DNA of 62,174 nucleotides, from assembly GCA_938003615.1 (NCBI GenBank), contig CALKXO010000004.1, positions 1 through 62,174 of the forward strand. The letters are read 5' to 3'. Each line of letters opens with the position of its first letter. Position 1 is the first letter of the stretch. Below, piece by piece: positions 59,205 through 62,174 of this stretch. The position numbers and the translations under genes are program-made. The stretch comes from an uncultured Pirellulaceae bacterium. Lineage in GTDB: Bacteria; Planctomycetota; Planctomycetia; Pirellulales; Pirellulaceae. The notes beneath the pieces are model-generated. The model was not told where the DNA came from. It searched no databases and saw nothing but the letters and a program-made list of their open reading frames with translations.

Positions 59205-60005
59205 CTACGATATTCGTCGCCGGGTTGCAAGAATCGAAAGTCCGAGCACCAGCAGGCCAAGCGCCGAAGGTTCGGGAACTGATGACACGGTAGTGCCAAG
59301 TGTCTGTTCTAATGCCAGCGATTGATGATGAAATTGCATCGGCGGCGCGAAAATCGTGTACACCGAATCGCTGGATTCGATAGCAGGGTTTGCTGAAGAC
59401 AGTTGCCACTTCAGAAAGTAAATTGATCCTGTCGGCTCTGGATTGAGAGAAAGCGTGTAATCAACATCAAGATCGGTGGTGGACTCCGACCAATCTGTTA
59501 CCAAATCGAATGTCAAGGGAACACCCGATGCCAGATCGGTGGTGTCGATGGACACAGACACGTTTTCGTTGGCTTCAGATTCGTAGTCGATCCCTATCGA
59601 CTCATTGATGCCGAAAACTGATTCAGTGAACGGTTGGGAAGGGGAAGTCCACTTACCAGCACCCGTTAGCTCGATACTAAGATCAAAGCCTTGCAACAGT
59701 GCAGCTTGATTGTTGTAACTGTACGGGTGTGCAACGCCGCCACCATCAATAAAGGCTTGGCCAAATGTGACGTCGAAACCTGGTAGGCTGGTTACCGTTG
59801 ATCCGGATGCCCAGTGGTTGTGAATTGAATTCATGTAAGGCCTGACAAAATCGCCTTGGTCAGCGCTGCCGGAGTTGTAGCCCTGAGCGAACAGCTTGCC
59901 GTCGATCACGACGACGTCCAACCTTCTTCCGCCATGAGCGAGAAGCATCTGTGTCGACGTAAGTGTAAGGATTAGTGTGAGTACTAGTGTTTTCGATAGA
60001 TTCAT
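59205..60005 (-). CDS. PEP-CTERM surface protein
   Basis: Signal peptide (mature N-terminus HGGRR); C-terminal VPEPS + TM + RRR. Confidence 0.92.
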   Translation of the reverse strand: MNLSKTLVLTLILTLTSTQMLLAHGGRRLDVVVIDGKLFAQGYNSGSADQGDFVRPYMNSIHNHWASGSTVTSLPGFDVTFGQAFIDGGGVAHPYSYNNQAALLQGFDLSIELTGAGKWTSPSQPFTESVFGINESIGIDYESEANENVSVSIDTTDLASGVPLTFDLVTDWSESTTDLDVDYTLSLNPEPTGSIYFLKWQLSSANPAIESSDSVYTIFAPPMQFHHQSLALEQTLGTTVSSVPEPSALGLLVLGLSILATRRRIS

Positions 60006-60057
60006 TCGTAGTTGCTTTCAGAGTGTATTGTTAAGTGTGGGTCGGCCAAATTGGGTT

Positions 60058-60765
60058 TTAGAACGATTCAGGGAACCAATTTTCATTGGGTTTCGTAAAG
60101 TTCGTTCCGTTCTCAATGTCAGATTGGACCCAACTTCTTAGTTTGGTTTCGCTGACGGACGTCACGTGCCCGTCGGCATAAAGGTAATTCGCGGTTCCAA
60201 GGTGCCGCGACGGAGCAATCTCTAGAACCATAAAGTCCCAGACTCGGTCACGCCGGATACGCGAAGGTTTGTAGAAACTGGAACAGTGAACGTGGTCATC
60301 GCGCGCTTGGCGCTGTTCGGATCCCTCAAATAGGACCACCAAATTATGCGTCGAGCGTAACTGGTTGAAGTTTACAACGGCACCGTTGACGCTGGCGTCT
60401 GCCAGAAATTCGTTGATGACGTAGGACGTTCCTAGGCGGGCGTCGGTCAACCACAGGTTGGCCTTCTGGTCGTCGGGGCAAATTCGGATTGAATCTACGC
60501 TTTCGGTAAAAGGCTTGAGAGTTTGGACCCATGATTGGTCCAGACCATTGTGAACCGTCCACGGCATCCGGCCGTTTTGACTGTCCATAAACATGTGGAT
60601 TCCGAGCCCAATTTGGCGCATGTTGTTTTTGCAAACGGTGCTTCTGGCTGCTGCTCTCGCCATCTGTACGGCAGGAAGCAACATCCCGATCAGAACGCCA
60701 ATAATGGCGATCACAACCAGCAACTCAACAAGCGTGAACCCGGAACCACGAGAAACTTTGTTCAT
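60058..60765 (-). CDS. DUF1559 prepilin-type N-methylation / H-X9-DG protein
   Basis: [36 protein letters not shown] and [15 protein letters not shown]. Confidence 0.93.
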   Translation of the reverse strand: MNKVSRGSGFTLVELLVVIAIIGVLIGMLLPAVQMARAAARSTVCKNNMRQIGLGIHMFMDSQNGRMPWTVHNGLDQSWVQTLKPFTESVDSIRICPDDQKANLWLTDARLGTSYVINEFLADASVNGAVVNFNQLRSTHNLVVLFEGSEQRQARDDHVHCSSFYKPSRIRRDRVWDFMVLEIAPSRHLGTANYLYADGHVTSVSETKLRSWVQSDIENGTNFTKPNENWFPESF

Positions 60766-60830
60766 CGCTTGTTCCAATATCAGTTTCGATTGTAGTAACG
60801 GCCCTTTGGAGGCCGCGCGACAACCGGCAC

Positions 60831-61406
60831 CTACGCTGGTGGTACAGGGGGCGCGTTCGAGACGTGAACGTATCGACGATGAGACGACGGAAGCCAAGAG
60901 TTGGACTTCGGCCAAGAGAATTGCGGCAGTGGCTCGAAAATGGCGACCAAGTCCAAGTGCAGATAGCCATCGTGTTGTCCGCCACAGTGGCGTTGTTGCT
61001 TAATCGATAGAAACACCGTTTTTGAATTGGGCGTTGCGGACTCTTGCGTTGCGGACTTTTGTGCTGGGGCTGTTGAACAACAACATGTTGTCACCGGTTT
61101 CGCCGAACAGCATGTTACCCCGCAGCCACTTCCGTGCGCGTCGGATTCGGTTCCGCCGTTGCTCGGTTGAGCCACGAACCAAGCAGGTGGTTGGACATTG
61201 TTCGCCTTGGCCCATTCAATTTTTTGATGGTCCGAATGACAACAGCAATCTGCCCAACATTGTTTCGCATTTTGGCAACCGCAGCCCATGTCTTGGCACG
61301 GAAACGGGATCGATAGATCCTTCAGCACCGGGATCGGTAGCGGCAGATAGCCGCTACCAACAATCAAGCACAGGGCCACCAATGTCAAAATGCTTTTTTG
61401 GAACAC
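60831..61406 (-). CDS. Cys-rich membrane-anchored protein with Pro-rich C-terminus
   Basis: [34 protein letters not shown]; ends NAPPVPPA. Probable GTG start at 61406. Confidence 0.75.
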   Translation of the reverse strand: MFQKSILTLVALCLIVGSGYLPLPIPVLKDLSIPFPCQDMGCGCQNAKQCWADCCCHSDHQKIEWAKANNVQPPAWFVAQPSNGGTESDAHGSGCGVTCCSAKPVTTCCCSTAPAQKSATQESATPNSKTVFLSIKQQRHCGGQHDGYLHLDLVAIFEPLPQFSWPKSNSWLPSSHRRYVHVSNAPPVPPA

Positions 61407-61611
61407 GTTGTTGTGGCGGAACGGAGGTTGAAGGGCGTCATATGGTTCGAGGGACAATATTAGCGAAGCGCTGCCAGGCTGCAATGAGTCAAAACGCCGC
61501 CTCTCAGCGATTTTTGGATTGGCTTGCCAATGGCAACTTGGCCAACAGCAAGTGGCGTTAAGGGCCTGCTCTTCGAAGGATCAATTTGTGAATCAGCGCT
61601 GATTCAACCAC

Positions 61612-61647
61612 AAAAAAACGCCTGCAGTTGCAAAGCAACGGCAGGCG
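61612..61647 (-). terminator. Intrinsic terminator
   Basis: CGCCTGC..GTTGC/GCAAC..GCAGGCG followed by a U-run on the minus strand. Confidence 0.75.
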
Positions 61648-61676
61648 CGGAATAGCTTAGACGGCCCAAGGTTCGA

Positions 61677-62174
61677 TTACTGCTCAAACTTCTTGACAGG
61701 GAAAGATCCCTTGAGCAGAACACCGGGGAACATTTCCCATGGGTTCACTTCGACTTCCGAAGAAAGGTAGCCTGTGTTTTCCGAGGTTGCCGAGCTATCG
61801 ACAACAAATCCGGGGTTGATGAATCCGTCGCCGTTGACATCTTCGACGCTCCGGACACTACCGTCAGCGAAAACGAGGTTGACGCTTTTGGAGTGCCACG
61901 CATACCAGTCACGCGTGTCTTGCAGAACTTGGCCAGCAACGCCCGGCTCGCCTTGACGAGGATAGGTAGTCCCAGCAGCTGGACGCAACGCCTGTACGGA
62001 TGTTCCCCCTGGCACTAATAGGATTGCATCGGTACCGTTGGATGCTGAAGGGCCATCATTGAAACTTTCGCACAATGGCGATCCAGCAACCAAACCCAAT
62101 TTTGCATCAATCGTCTCTTCTAGGATGCCATCCCCAGACTCGAGGCCTGAAGAAGCGTCTGCAACGGCATCTCC
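61677..62174 (-). CDS. C-terminal part of a DUF1559/H-X9-DG protein (5' end outside the window)
   Basis: WHSKSVNLVFADGSV; the frame stays open to the window edge. Confidence 0.85.
   Translation of the reverse strand, partial: GDAVADASSGLESGDGILEETIDAKLGLVAGSPLCESFNDGPSASNGTDAILLVPGGTSVQALRPAAGTTYPRQGEPGVAGQVLQDTRDWYAWHSKSVNLVFADGSVRSVEDVNGDGFINPGFVVDSSATSENTGYLSSEVEVNPWEMFPGVLLKGSFPVKKFEQ

Overview
About 62 kb of a Planctomycete chromosome, probably marine Pirellulaceae-like. This is inferred from DUF1559/H-X9-DG prepilin-like genes, a PEP-CTERM protein, a planctomycete-type cytochrome c, an ECF sigma/Ser-Thr kinase pair and GTAG/GTGG-headed REP-like palindromes. The left end is an EcoKI-like type I restriction-modification island (hsdR, small ORF, hsdM, fic, hsdS running off the window). 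The rest is mostly housekeeping and accessory genes: nadA, a U32/RlhA-like hydroxylase, fbaA, msrB, tal, a DinG-family helicase, icd with a P-II protein, a cysH-cysI-sirB/cbiX-cobA sulfate-assimilation operon, kdsC with a giant OstA/LptA-like gene, and a MoxR operon. The best signals are outside the ORF track. (1) A sigma54 promoter precedes a tandem array of four hairpins with CU-rich loops and covarying stems (27859-28188), a candidate undescribed sRNA cassette. (2) A 14-aa leader peptide with three consecutive Cys codons and an intrinsic terminator precedes the cys operon, a candidate cysteine attenuator. (3) A rhodanese lipoprotein has TGA at its catalytic Cys position, followed by a SECIS-like hairpin, a candidate selenoprotein. 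(4) An array of Y-RNA-like ncRNAs lies directly upstream of an internally deleted Ro60/TROVE gene. (5) A 93-bp TA-flanked MITE occurs twice. No database searches were run; family assignments come from motif recognition only.
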